The notes beneath the pieces are model-generated. The model worked only from the letters and a program-made list of their open reading frames with translations. It did not search any database and was not told the DNA's origin. Position numbers and translations under genes: made by a program. 64,000 nucleotides of DNA, from positions 16,964 to 80,963 of the forward strand of contig JADFXH010000005.1 of the NCBI GenBank assembly GCA_015233675.1. The letters run 5' to 3'. Positions within the stretch are counted from its first letter, which is position 1. Every line of letters begins with the position of its first letter. This DNA comes from Candidatus Omnitrophota bacterium. GTDB lineage: Bacteria > Omnitrophota > Gorgyraeia > Zapsychrales > Fredricksoniimonadaceae. Shown here piece by piece: positions 44,101-56,100 of the stretch.

Positions 44101-47100
44101 GATTTCAATGCCCTCACTCGTACTTAATGGAATTATTCCTCCTGATAACAATGTTGGTTCCTCTGTAAAAGCTTCGTCACAGGTTGTTGTTGAAAGAAAT
44201 GCCTCAATGACAGCAGGTAAGGACGCGGATGATGTGGCGCAAGTCGATTGGCATATAAAGAAATTAGCGAAGGACGGGGCTGAGCAATTTATTCATTTTG
44301 TCTTCCTGGGCCGCTCATTTAGTCTGAGAGGCAATACTGACGATAGTATTAGAGAAGTTATGGGCGTCAAAGAAGGCGAATTTGTGGACATTGATACAGA
44401 CGCGGTCAATAGCGGCGGTGAGAAGATCGAAGCGGCTTTGGGAAGCGCTAAGATACAAGAAGCTAAGGAACAGCTGCGTCAGGGCGTTATTAACATCCTC
44501 AAAAATATCCAATTCCCTGATGCCGATGATAAAGAAGTGGCCCGCCGTATGGGCATTATAAAAACAATGTTGATCGCAATGTATGGCGATAAAGAGGCAG
44601 ATGCCATCATGCAGGAAGCGGCAGGTAAGGCTTCTTCAAAGATTGCTTCGTCGCCGGAAAACGCTCCTCGCAATGACACTGAAGAGGGAAATATTCCATC
44701 GGCGCCTGTCGGCATTCAGCCCAACGTTCCCATTCCTGTTGTTATTAGTTTGGATTTGGCCATGGCGGCCGGTGCCGGCGGCAGTCCTACCCGTTTTGCA
44801 CAGGAAAACATTCCTGCTGTCGATAGAACAGTCAGGACAGATGTTCCCGCCGGTGAAGTTGCAGGCACATTGCCTGATGTTCCTGAAGGGCCGCTTGCGA
44901 GGACAGATGAAAGATATCCGCAGGCCATGGCACCCGCCAGCGCAGGCTCTGTCAGTGATCAAGCGATGATAGAGGAATCGGAGACAGATAATCCCCTTAA
45001 ACGTCTTCAGGGCGCCTCAAATGAGGGTGAAGAAGTGAAAGAAAAGAAGCCCCAGAAAGAATACCGTGAATTATTCCCGAAAATTGCCGATGCGATCGAA
45101 AAAGGGGAGAGCTTCCTCTATCAGACTTCAATGGGTGGAGGGAAAAGTACGTATGGTGTTATTGCGATGGCGTTAACGAAGGGAATGAAGGGAAAGATCA
45201 TTTCTATTGAACCCGGTCCCGGTCACCTGAAAGAAAATTTTGACGATATCGTGGGGGTGCTTGATAAGATCAAAAGAAAAGATACACTACTCGCTAAGAA
45301 GGTTGCTCAGGAGATCGAAGACAAGGAAATTACCGTTGGAAAGGTTGAGGAAACTGTCGGAACAATAGTGCAGGGAGTTCCTGAGGAGCAACAACCAAAA
45401 TCTTTGCAACTGGCACAGATCCTTGAGACTATTCAAACGAACAAAGTCATTCTCATAACTGTGAAGGACCTTGAACATATCATTGGCTTGGCTGGGAGAG
45501 AGGATGAAACAGCCAAAAAGATTGCTGAAGAGATTTTCAAAAAAGAGAATATTTTATACCGCGGTGAATATAAGGACTCCATAGGAATGCAAATTTCCAA
45601 TGAACAGCCTGAGGAAACAAATGTTGATCGGGAGGCTCGTGAGCTGGTGGAAGAAGTCGGCGATATCTTTAAACCGTACATGGTGAGAGCCACCAAATTA
45701 GCTGAAGAGGGAAATGTCGTTGAAGTGGCCAATGTTATAGAGGAGGCCCAAAAGGATTTCCTGGATAAATACCATGCATCAAGTATTGCAGAATTGCGCG
45801 GTAGAGAAGGAGATCGTGGTGATAAGAGAGTCGCGGCCGCGCGTGCTCTTATTAAGGCACTGGCCGATTTACGCACCGGGGCACTGGCAGTGGTATTAAG
45901 GAAGAATATGACGTATCTGGTAAACAGGATGGGGATTGGGGCCAATAATGTCGTTGTCTCTGATCCTTTCCAGCGCGCGGCAAATCTTAAGGCGGCCTCG
46001 ATAGTGAGCGGGGAAGAGATCCCTAATGGGCAGCCCGGGCCGGCCAAGAATGCAACATTCGTTGATGCGTTTGATATTGATAAAAGGATGACAGACATTG
46101 GCGGGCAGGTTATTTGGGCGTCGGGAACTGTAAGCAGCAATGTAATGAAAATTGCCCTTACGGAGCTCGGCATAAAAACCCTGAATCCCGAAGCAGTGGA
46201 TACATTGGAGACGGCGCATGATTTTACGGCTCCGATTGAAAAAGATAATTATGATTTTCTTGATAAGATTCAACCAGAAGGAAAAGACATAACAGAACAA
46301 TACCGTGAGCAATTAAGAGAAAAGATTCAAGGATTCTTGGAAAAGACAGAGAAAGGATTAGAGAACGAACTAAAGAAGACAGGCACCATAGATAACAAAG
46401 GTGGCAGGGCGATTATTCTTGGATTGTTGAAAGACGGGGATGTCCCCATAGGAGGAACATATGCTAAGATGGTCCTGGACGTGGCCCGTGAGGTAGCAAA
46501 GGCGCCTGAGCATCAAAAATCTGTGGTGTATCATGAAAGCGAAGGGGAAGGGGATTGGGTTATTTATGATCCGCAAGGCAATATTACGCCAATAACGAAA
46601 GAGGGGGTCGATCAGCTTATTTTGTCGGAAAGGAAGGATTTCCTGATACTTTTACCGCTGGGGTCTTCACGCGGGATCTCCCTCCTGACGAAGGCGAAAG
46701 ATCAGATGTTCCTTTTGACCGATCGCCGTACTACATTTGAAGATATCGACCAGGGCCTGCAGCGTTCCCGCGGCGTGACGACGGCTGTTCCAGGCCCCAA
46801 AGGGTTGAAACCGGATATAGACTACCAGGGTGAAATTACTCGTCATATTGCCGTGATGAATTATGTCGACCGGAAGGATCCGGGGGATATTAATAAGCCG
46901 GAGTTGTTTATTCCGGATTTCATTAAGGAAGCGCAATCTAATTCCAGGCGCAGTAATGAGCAGGAGTTCTTCCAGCTTGAGGCAAGGATGCTTCATCATT
47001 TCGTGAGCCGTTTTGGTGATTCCATTATAAGTGATCCGTGGATGCCTGAAGAAGCCAAAGAGGATGTGCTAAATAAAATTCAGGAAATGGAACTGGAGAT

Positions 47101-50100
47101 GAGTGTCCGCGCCAATCAGAATTTTGAGGGCGGGTATATTGAAACAGAGAAGGAATTGCAATCCCTCATTGATATTACAGTTGATGTAATGCACAAATAT
47201 TACAATCCTAAGAGTAAATTGATGCAGAAGATCATCGCCGCGGAAGGTGAATTTGATTATTGGAAATTCCGTGCGGATGAATTTAACAATGATACGGACA
47301 AAATTAAAGATGTAATCGTAGACATCATCCTGGATTTGCCGGATTCTGTGGCTAGGCCGGAGGTTGGTACGGCGTCTCTTGAATCAAGAATAGACTGGCT
47401 GAACCAAAGCATAGAACCATATAAATTATTAGGTCACTTGAGTGACACCATCGGCCTGAACGACGAGATCAAAGCCCTTGTCGGAGAAATTCAAAAAAGC
47501 TATAACGTAGACACCTTTGGCGAGTTAAACGACGATCAATTAGGGGAATTGGCAAAGACGGTCCTTGGGATTCAGCTGAAAAGAGCAATATTAAATGCCC
47601 TTTATCCGCAAAAAGTTTCAAAGGGCAAGAAAATGTCTGATGAAATAATCCAGGGCGAAATTGATTCGTTGAAATTCCGTATGAACGAATTTGGTAATGA
47701 TTCAGATAGAATCAAAAAGGTGATTACAGGCATTATTCAAGATTTGCCGGATACTGTGGCTAAGCCGGAGATTGACACTGACTCTCCTGAATCCGGTATA
47801 GACTGGCTGAACCAAAGCATAGAACCATATCAGTTATGGCGTAATGTCATTGATTCTAACGGCCTGAGTGATGAGATCAGGGGCCTTATCGGAGAAGTTC
47901 AAAATGAATATAATGTCACCACGATTGGTGACTTAAACGACGACCAATTAAGAGAGTTAGCAAGAACGGCTTTAGGGATACAACTAAAACGGGCGATATT
48001 AAACGCCCTTTATCCTCAAGAAATTTCAAAGAGCGCATTTACGTTCAGGTTCGCGCCGGAAAGTGTGATTGTTACACAGCGTGAAGCAGAAAGAGTCGGA
48101 CTCAATTGGGAAACAGTAGTCAGCACATTGACTGAAAATGGCTGGGTACAAGAGGCCGGCCCGATGCAAGGTACAGCAGAGGCTCCGGTGGAAGTCAAAT
48201 TAACAGGGGATTGGGAGCAATATAAGGTAGAGATGGTGAAAAAATTGGGGGATAGTTTTTCGAAAATTCTACCCGAAGGCAAGTCTTTTAATAAAGCCAA
48301 AACATTGAGAGATTTAGTCGATGCAATTTCAATCAATACCCGCCGTTCTGATGTGCCGAAATACGTTGACGGATTGGACCCTGAGATGGTGCTTGTTTCC
48401 GATGCCCGTACAGATAACAATGGCTTACATGTGATGCGTGTCTATCAAGATGTATCCAGGGAGCCTAAGCTTGCCGCCAACCATACTGATACGGACCAGG
48501 AACTCTTGATTAAGGGCAGTAAAATCACCCTTAAGCCGGGAGAGGTTTATTTGGGCAAAGAAGCGAAGATATATGAATTTGATAAAACAAAGACAGCCGA
48601 AGATCTCCACGCAGAATATATTAAAGAAGGAACGTATGGGAACAATCCGGATAAGCCCGCTGCTATATTAATCGATACAGGCAAAGACGGCATAAAACGT
48701 GCCAATTTTGTTGACGATAAAACGGCGGAAATGGAAACAGAGCCATTGGTCATAAACGGGATTCCCGTGCCTATGGTCCTTGTTTATAAAGCGGATGCTC
48801 AAGACGCAAAAATTTTCCACCAGACGGGCAAAAAGATCAATTTGAATCCTCTTTTGATAAAGCCGTACCAATTATTAAATGTGGATTATATAACCGGCAG
48901 TTTTGATGATGAAACCAGGGCTCTTATTACAACCATTGAAGATAGCCATGGCGGCACTTTAATTAATAACCTTACTGAAAAGCAATTAATAGAGCTTTTA
49001 GCGACAGACCAAGGCAAACAGCTAAGAAGGGCTATATTAAATAAATTCCCTCCGAAAGAAGATTCAAAGAGGCTCATATTTACAGAAGACGGGAAGATCA
49101 CTAATATTGGTGACTTGACCTTAGATCGTCCTTGGGAAAATGGAGATTTAGTCCTGGATGATTTGCTTGCCGCTGAAAACGGTCAAACGCTGACAGCTGT
49201 TCTTAACGGGGAGGACAGTTCCGACATTAAAAACCTTTTTAGCAACGAAGAGGGGAAATTTGTACCGATTTCCGAAAGCCTTGAAAGTGGAAAAATTGTC
49301 CATCCGTTGGCTGAACTAATGGAAAACACCCGGTTAGTTGCAAGTTATGATTTGGAAAAAGATCCAACGACGGGAAAAATGGCCCTGGTGTTAAAAGATA
49401 TCAAAATCACAGGCAGCAAGAACATTGTTGATAACAATTTGCCTGAAGTTGTCGCAAAATTGATGCATAGTCTTGTGAGCGGATTTATTGACGCGACAAA
49501 TACTAAACTGCTTAGCGGAGAGCAGAAGGATTTAATTGAAATTGCACAAAGATTTTACAACTTTAGGTCTGACGGGGCAAAGAAGGCTTTTGCTGAGAAA
49601 GCGCTCAAGTTTGTTCAGCTGGCCAGGAATAAGAAGATAAAAACAGACGTTAATGCGATTTTAATCAGATATAACACGATCCAGCTTGAAAATGACTTTG
49701 AAAGTTCTAAAGTCAGGACAAAGCTTCTTGTGACGCTCAAGGGGGCCAAAACACAAATTCCTCTCTGGACACAAGAAGATTGGAAAGACCAGGATGTCAA
49801 GGCTTTGACTGATGCCGTCAAGCAAGTAGGGAACAAGGCGGCCTGGCTTTCTAAACTTGCAGGGATTGCCGTTACTTTTGATACAGATGAAGAGCCGTGG
49901 ATATTGGATGAGCATGCTGAGAAAATCATCCTTTTTGTTCACCCGGAGGTTGTGGATAAACCAGAGATGTTAAGAGTCCTTTTAAGCTCCTCTGTCGGGG
50001 ACAATAATTTATCGGCTAAAGAAAAGGCCGCACGTTTGGCAATGGCTGTCAAAGACGAATTAGCGCGTTCTTCAAATATGGAAGATAATGAGAATGGTGA

Positions 50101-53100
50101 AGCCTACTCAGAAATTAGCCTGCTTGCCCGGAACTTTGCGAGAAATGGGAGGACTTTGACCCAAGAGGGGGCGGAGATTGCTATTTGTACAGTTGAGCCG
50201 TATAAAAGAGGCAACCCGTCAAGGAAAGAAATTAGAAGCGTAATGAATTATTTTAAATCTCTGGAAGGCAAGAGTGCTTCAGAGGAGGAAAATGTCGTTG
50301 CTTACCGCGGTCAATTGACAGACGAAGAGCAGTCTAAGTTGAAGGAAGTCCTGGAATCGTCTCAAAAGGCTGTAAAATTTGCCCCCACAAAGGTCCAACA
50401 GGCCATTGAAATCATTGGTGACAGGGTTGTGTATGTTCAAAATGTCGGCAAATTCAGGGTCAGTCAACTTATGGTGGGCAAAGAAGTAATCTATATTCAG
50501 ACCTACAACCATTCACCGCCTAACGCGACTATTATAGGCAATAACATTTATATATTTGCCGCGGATGAAAACATAATAAGTCCGCAATTATTAGCCAGAA
50601 TGTTCATCCACGAAGTGGTAGAAGTTGAACTATATTATCTAAGATTAGGGATCCCCGCAGAATTTATCCACCAATTAGCTCAAAAAGCCCAAGAGGTTAT
50701 TAAATACGGCTTTGTTCAACAGATCATTGAGAGATACCATAACTTTATAACTTGGTTCACTGCGAATAAACAGCCAGCTATTGTTCCTGAAGGGGCACAA
50801 GTGCCGTCTAAGAAGAACGGTCCGCCATGGAGTCCGGGTCAGGGCCGTCAGCCTGTTACTGTGCCGCCGGCACCATTTATGCCAACCGCGCCAAATGGGG
50901 AGCCTGATAAGACCCCGCCTCCTGGCGGCGGCTCAACCGGCAAGACAGCTCCATCGGCATACGTTTCACCGGCTCCTTCTCCGGATACTTTTGCATTTGA
51001 ACAGACATTTTCAGGTAATGAAGGTTTAGGTAAAGATGGTTCTAATTTTGAAAGAGGAAGACAAACCGGACCGCCGATTGAAGAACTTCAAGCGAGTCGC
51101 GGTGACGGCGGCCGTACTTTCTCTGTACTCGCTTTCCTCAAGCGAGCATACAGAGGAAATGAAGGAAGAGAGGAAAATAGTAAAACTGTTGGTAATAAAG
51201 AAGTTGTAGCAAATAGTACCGTTTTTGTTGGAATGCAGGAAGGTGGCTTAGCGCGAGCTCTGTCCGCCGAAGAAGTAGGTAGTGTTGAAGTCATCAGTTC
51301 AATAGTAAGAAATAAAGGTAGTAGAAGCACAGTAGAAGACAGCAATGCAGTAGACAGTAAGGTAGTAGGTAGTAATACAGTAAGCGGTAATGTAATAGTA
51401 GCAAGCAACACTGAAGTTGGTAGTAATGCAGTTGGTAGTTCAAGTAATGGTATTACCACCTTCGTGGTGAACGCGGGTGCTATAAGCGAAGCAGTAAGAA
51501 GCATAGTTGGAAGAAGTGCAGAAGAAAGCAATACCCGTTCTCGTACCGAAGCTGGTACGGATGAAGTTAGAAGTACAGTTGTTGAAGTTAGCGAATCTAG
51601 CTGGAATGGCGAAGCTGTAAGAGGTGTGAGAAGTGCGTCCACTAATACAGCAGAAACCATAGAAAGTGTAAGCGCCAAAGGTGTGCGAGGTTCAGGAAGT
51701 GTGAGAACTCAGCACAGAAATACCCGTTCTCGTACCGTAACAATAGGTACGCATAAAGATAGTACAGTTGTGGCTGGATCCACGAGAACATTCGGGAATG
51801 GCCGCAATAGCATTGAATATAGCGAATCTAGCCGAATTGGTTCAGTTGCAGAAGGAACCATAGAAGGCATAAGCGCCCAAGGTGTGCGAGGTTCAGGAAG
51901 TGTGAGAACCCGGCACAATGATGTTGTAAAGGGTGGCGACGTAACCGCTCAAATATATAGCAATAAGGATAGATTTACCAAGGTTTCAGGATTGCGTCTG
52001 CAGATAATCGCAGCGATTCGGAAGGTTCTCGGAGTCCGAAAAGCAAGTGATAACTCGAAGGCGCAAGAAGTGTTTGTCCAAACAAGCACTGCCGAAGCCG
52101 CAGTTGTTCCGCTCGCCCGAAGCGAGGCAGGAAATAACGGTGTAAATCGTGTTGCCTCCTTCTCAAGAATGACAAAGAGGATCCTTACATTTACCGCTAT
52201 ATTTGTTATCATGGCGGTTAGCATCATACCTTTAGTTGCCGCACCTGCCCAAGCGCAAATGACGCCGGCCCCTGTCATGATTTCAGCAACAATGGCAGTA
52301 CCGGCTAATCAGACTGTTGCGCCACAAGCAACTGTACCGGCAGTCACAACAACAAACGTTACTCAGCCTACCACTGATAAACAGGTGGCAACTGCTTCAA
52401 CAACACCTGCCCCTGCAGTGACCAAGGTCGCAAATCTCGTCAAAGCCTTCACAGCAACAGAAGGGCAAACAACTGCGATATTCGGCAAGACCGAAGACGG
52501 CAAATATTTCAAGGCAACGCTCCAGAATTGGAGTCCTGTAGTTGCGGAGGATGTTCCTGCGGACGTTAAACAGGCTATTGACATCGCAACAGCCCAGCAT
52601 CCGCTGGTATTGTGGGTCAACAGCAAAGACGTCACAAGTCCTGATTATCAAGCGAATTATCAGACCATTTTGAACAATGTCCGCCAGGCTTTAGGGAACA
52701 CTAATATTGTTACCCTGTGTGATACAGCCAAGCCGGAAAACACGATTCAATCGACAAGCCCGCTTACCTTCAGCCCGGTGACAGTCAGTGACAGGCACAT
52801 TTTACGTGAAGGCAAACCATACATTATCCATGGCATTACTCTATCAACCGCACATACCGGAGAAGGCCGCCGGGATGTCCGCTATACGCTTGATTACATC
52901 GGAGGGGAAAACACCTTACGTCAGATGAAGGAGATGGGAGTTAACAGTATCCGCATGTATTATCCTCCGAGCAAAGATCTTCTTGATGCTTTAAGCCGCA
53001 ATGGCATGACCGTGACAGTGGGAATCCCGAATTTTGATGACCGCAATGTTCCGGCTGATGAAAAGATCGATATCAGCAGCGGCAGTTATAAACAGTACAT

Positions 53101-56100
53101 TGATCAAAACAAGAACAATCCCGCGATTCTAATGTGGGAAATTGGTAACGAATATAACTATCATCCTGAATGGTTCAAGGATAGCGGTAAGAGCTGGAAG
53201 GAGATTCTAAAAGACACAGTACATGAAGTGCGGGCAATTGATATGAATCATCCGATAACGACAGCCGAGGGAGTAGAACAGGGCGGCTTAAAGGCGATTG
53301 CGGGCAAAGACGGGGATGGGATTAGCGCGGCAGGGTTTAACGTATATAGGGGAGAAGGGCTTGGTAATTTGAGTCAAGAGTGGCAGAAAGCTTCTGTCAA
53401 GCCGGTGTATTTATCTGAATTTGGGGTCAATTACAGCGCAGATGCCGATGTACAGGCAAGGGGCATCAAGATGCTCTGGCAGGATATCCAAAAGGGCATT
53501 GATGAAGGGGTTCTTTCCGGCGGATATGCGATGACATGGAAGAGTGAAGACTGGAAAGACGGCGCGGCAGAAAAGAACCTTGGAGTTATTGATGCCAATG
53601 GAGCACCGAAACAAGCCTATTATGTACTTCAGCAGCTCTGGAACCCGTCGAAAGTTCCAGCTCCGGCCACAAACATCGTACCTGCCAAGGCTGATCCTAA
53701 AGCAGAACCTAAGACAGGTCTTCCTTCAGTGCCGAAAACGACTCCGACATTGGTACCGGCGAATCACAGCTCTGGTAACGATCCATTGAAGGAGCAGCTT
53801 AATAAAATGAACAACAGCCTGCAGGCGGCTAAGGAAGGCATAGATAGCGCGAATAAGAGCCTTAAGGAAATCAACATCCAAATAGCGGATCATTCTAACG
53901 ACTGGCAAATCAGAGATCAAAACAATGATGTACGTTACGGTCTGGCCCTGATGGGGATCAATCTCCAGCAATCAATTGGTCAGGCGTATGCAGACAATCT
54001 TAATTCATCCAACATGAGTGATGAGGACAAATCCGGAGTATTCGCAGGACTTAGCGTCGGGTCAGTTCCTGACAACGGGTTAAGCGTTAAGCTTTGGGGA
54101 CCATTGTCTGTTAATGCAACAGTTCAAAACTCGCAGGCAGGCCCGCTTAACATGGCACAAACGCTGCTTAATACAAAAGAGGTATTTAAAGCGCAGGGAG
54201 TCAATGCAGTGATGGGTGGGATCAATTATGTCAAGACGATCACTGATATAAACAATATTTTTGTAACCCAGCATGTACGCATGAGTGAAGCAGGGGCGTT
54301 TGTAATAAAGAATGGTAAGCAGACAGTAATAGCGTTGGATGCAATTAAGGGCAATCCGATAGCAGTGGACGATCATGGCAAGGCTGTATTTAAGGCAGGG
54401 CGAGACGGCAAATTAGTACATGTTCCTGTGATAGAAAAACTATATAGCGGCATTGAGGCAATTACAGGGAAGATATTTGGTAACCATAGCAAGCAAGTAC
54501 CGTACAGCAAGCAGAAGTCGGGGTATATTCCTGGCAGGGTTGAAAGCGCCTTTGTAATGCAGGGCAGCAACAACACAAATCCATATATTAAGTATACGAT
54601 CGAACGTGGAGAACAAGGTTATTTTGTCAATGATCAAGGCTCATATGTGCAGAAAGGAACAACGGGCGCGATTGCGGCAGAGCAATTTGTGTTTGGCTAC
54701 AAATATGATATGACGAAGCTGATGGCGAGCAACGGGAAAGACGGGAAAACCGCCATATTTATGAGCCATCGATTTGCCAATACAGAAGAAGAGGAAGTGA
54801 TCAAGAACAACCAAAAGGATCTGTGGCTTGAGCCGGGGGCTATTTATTCGATACCCTCCAAGTATGATTTGAAGATGGCGGCGAAGAACTGGCCTGATTT
54901 GACAGGGAAGGACAACAATGCGTTGCTTATTCATCCGATTACGAAGGAAGTGCTGAAGGTTTATGCCGGTGACAAACTGCCGAATACTGCATACAGGAAT
55001 CAGCCGGTAGTAGTCAATGGAGCGATGAATCCTGAAAGTCTGATGGGAGTGCCTGTAGACAGCAGTTACGGGCCGGTAAAAGATGCTCAGGGCAAGCCGA
55101 TGGTCTGGGGCGGCACCTTTGCGAGATCAGTAATTGCGCAAGTGGGGGCCAATGGAGAAGTGATTGCGGCGGGGTTGATTAAGTCTGAGGTAGTTAAGAG
55201 CAGTTCAGATATGCTAACAATTCCTACTTTAGACCAAAAAGAAAGCATCGTGCGAAAGGTAGTTGCTGATGCCGGCGGAGACGAGCTAGAAGCGAATAAG
55301 GTATGGAATATTTTGCAAGAGAACCAGGAGCAGCCGGTATTCCCGCAGGTGATTTATACGCCGAGCGGCATCAACCGTTATTCATGGTCTATCTTACCTT
55401 TATCTAATAATGAAACCAATGATACCGGCACGGTGATGGTTTTTAAGAAAAACGGCAATGCGTATGAATTTTCCAAATTTAGCAGCAACTTTACGGTTAA
55501 GCCGGAGTCCAAGCCATTAACGTCAAGTGTAGTTTTGAGTATGCCGGTCAGCGATGGTATAGCGGCGGTAAAGACGGTATGTGGGCACAATTTTAATACC
55601 ATCACACTTCCTGCCAAATTCCCGGTGGTCCAAAATCCCGATAAGGATAGTACAGATAATATCGGTATATTTATACCGAAGCCGGATAAAGTCATGTATG
55701 CCTTTATCACGTTTAAGGATTATACACAGGCTATATATAGTGAAGCGCAAGCTCTTAAATTGCATATTTATGATTTACCGGATAAGGGAGAGGTAAAATC
55801 TTCAGTTGCGTACAAATCAGCTGATTATAGCTGGAGCCACACTAATGAGCCGGCCCATAATGTAGAAGGTCAGATGCCGGTACAGCTGGGTATTTATGAG
55901 GATCATACACCGGCGATAGTGGTATATACGCCGCGCATTACCAATCTCCAGAAGTATATGCAGGAGCATCAGAAGAGCGCAGTTGCAATCACGCCTGAGG
56001 GGGCAACTAAATATTTTGATAATGCGCCTTTGACGCATATGGACAAGGTAGAGCCGATGGCCTCGCCGGTATTTGGCAAAGCCGCAAGCGATCTGGCGTC

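Noticed and set aside
45433-46173. 246-aa antisense ORF. Similar long minus-strand ORFs lie inside the giant gene: 37267..37857, 41360..41848, 20231..20674, 33001..33429, 48016..48420 and 45896..46312.
   Set aside because: All lie antisense to a frame that is continuously open and carries recognisable protein motifs. Their translations are low-complexity (Ser/Leu/Ile-rich) and lack SD or promoter context. They are best explained as shadow ORFs of the + strand coding frame.
51098-51106. RGD tripeptide (SRGDGG) as a possible integrin-type adhesion motif.
   Set aside because: A tripeptide is expected many times by chance in >16,000 residues and sits in low-complexity sequence, so it carries no supporting context.
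51088-51678. 196-aa minus-strand ORF rich in Leu, Thr and Ser that could be mistaken for a membrane protein.
   Set aside because: It is the complement of the cytosine-poor low-complexity segment. A G-poor antisense strand can hardly form TAG or TGA stops, so a long open frame is a compositional artefact.
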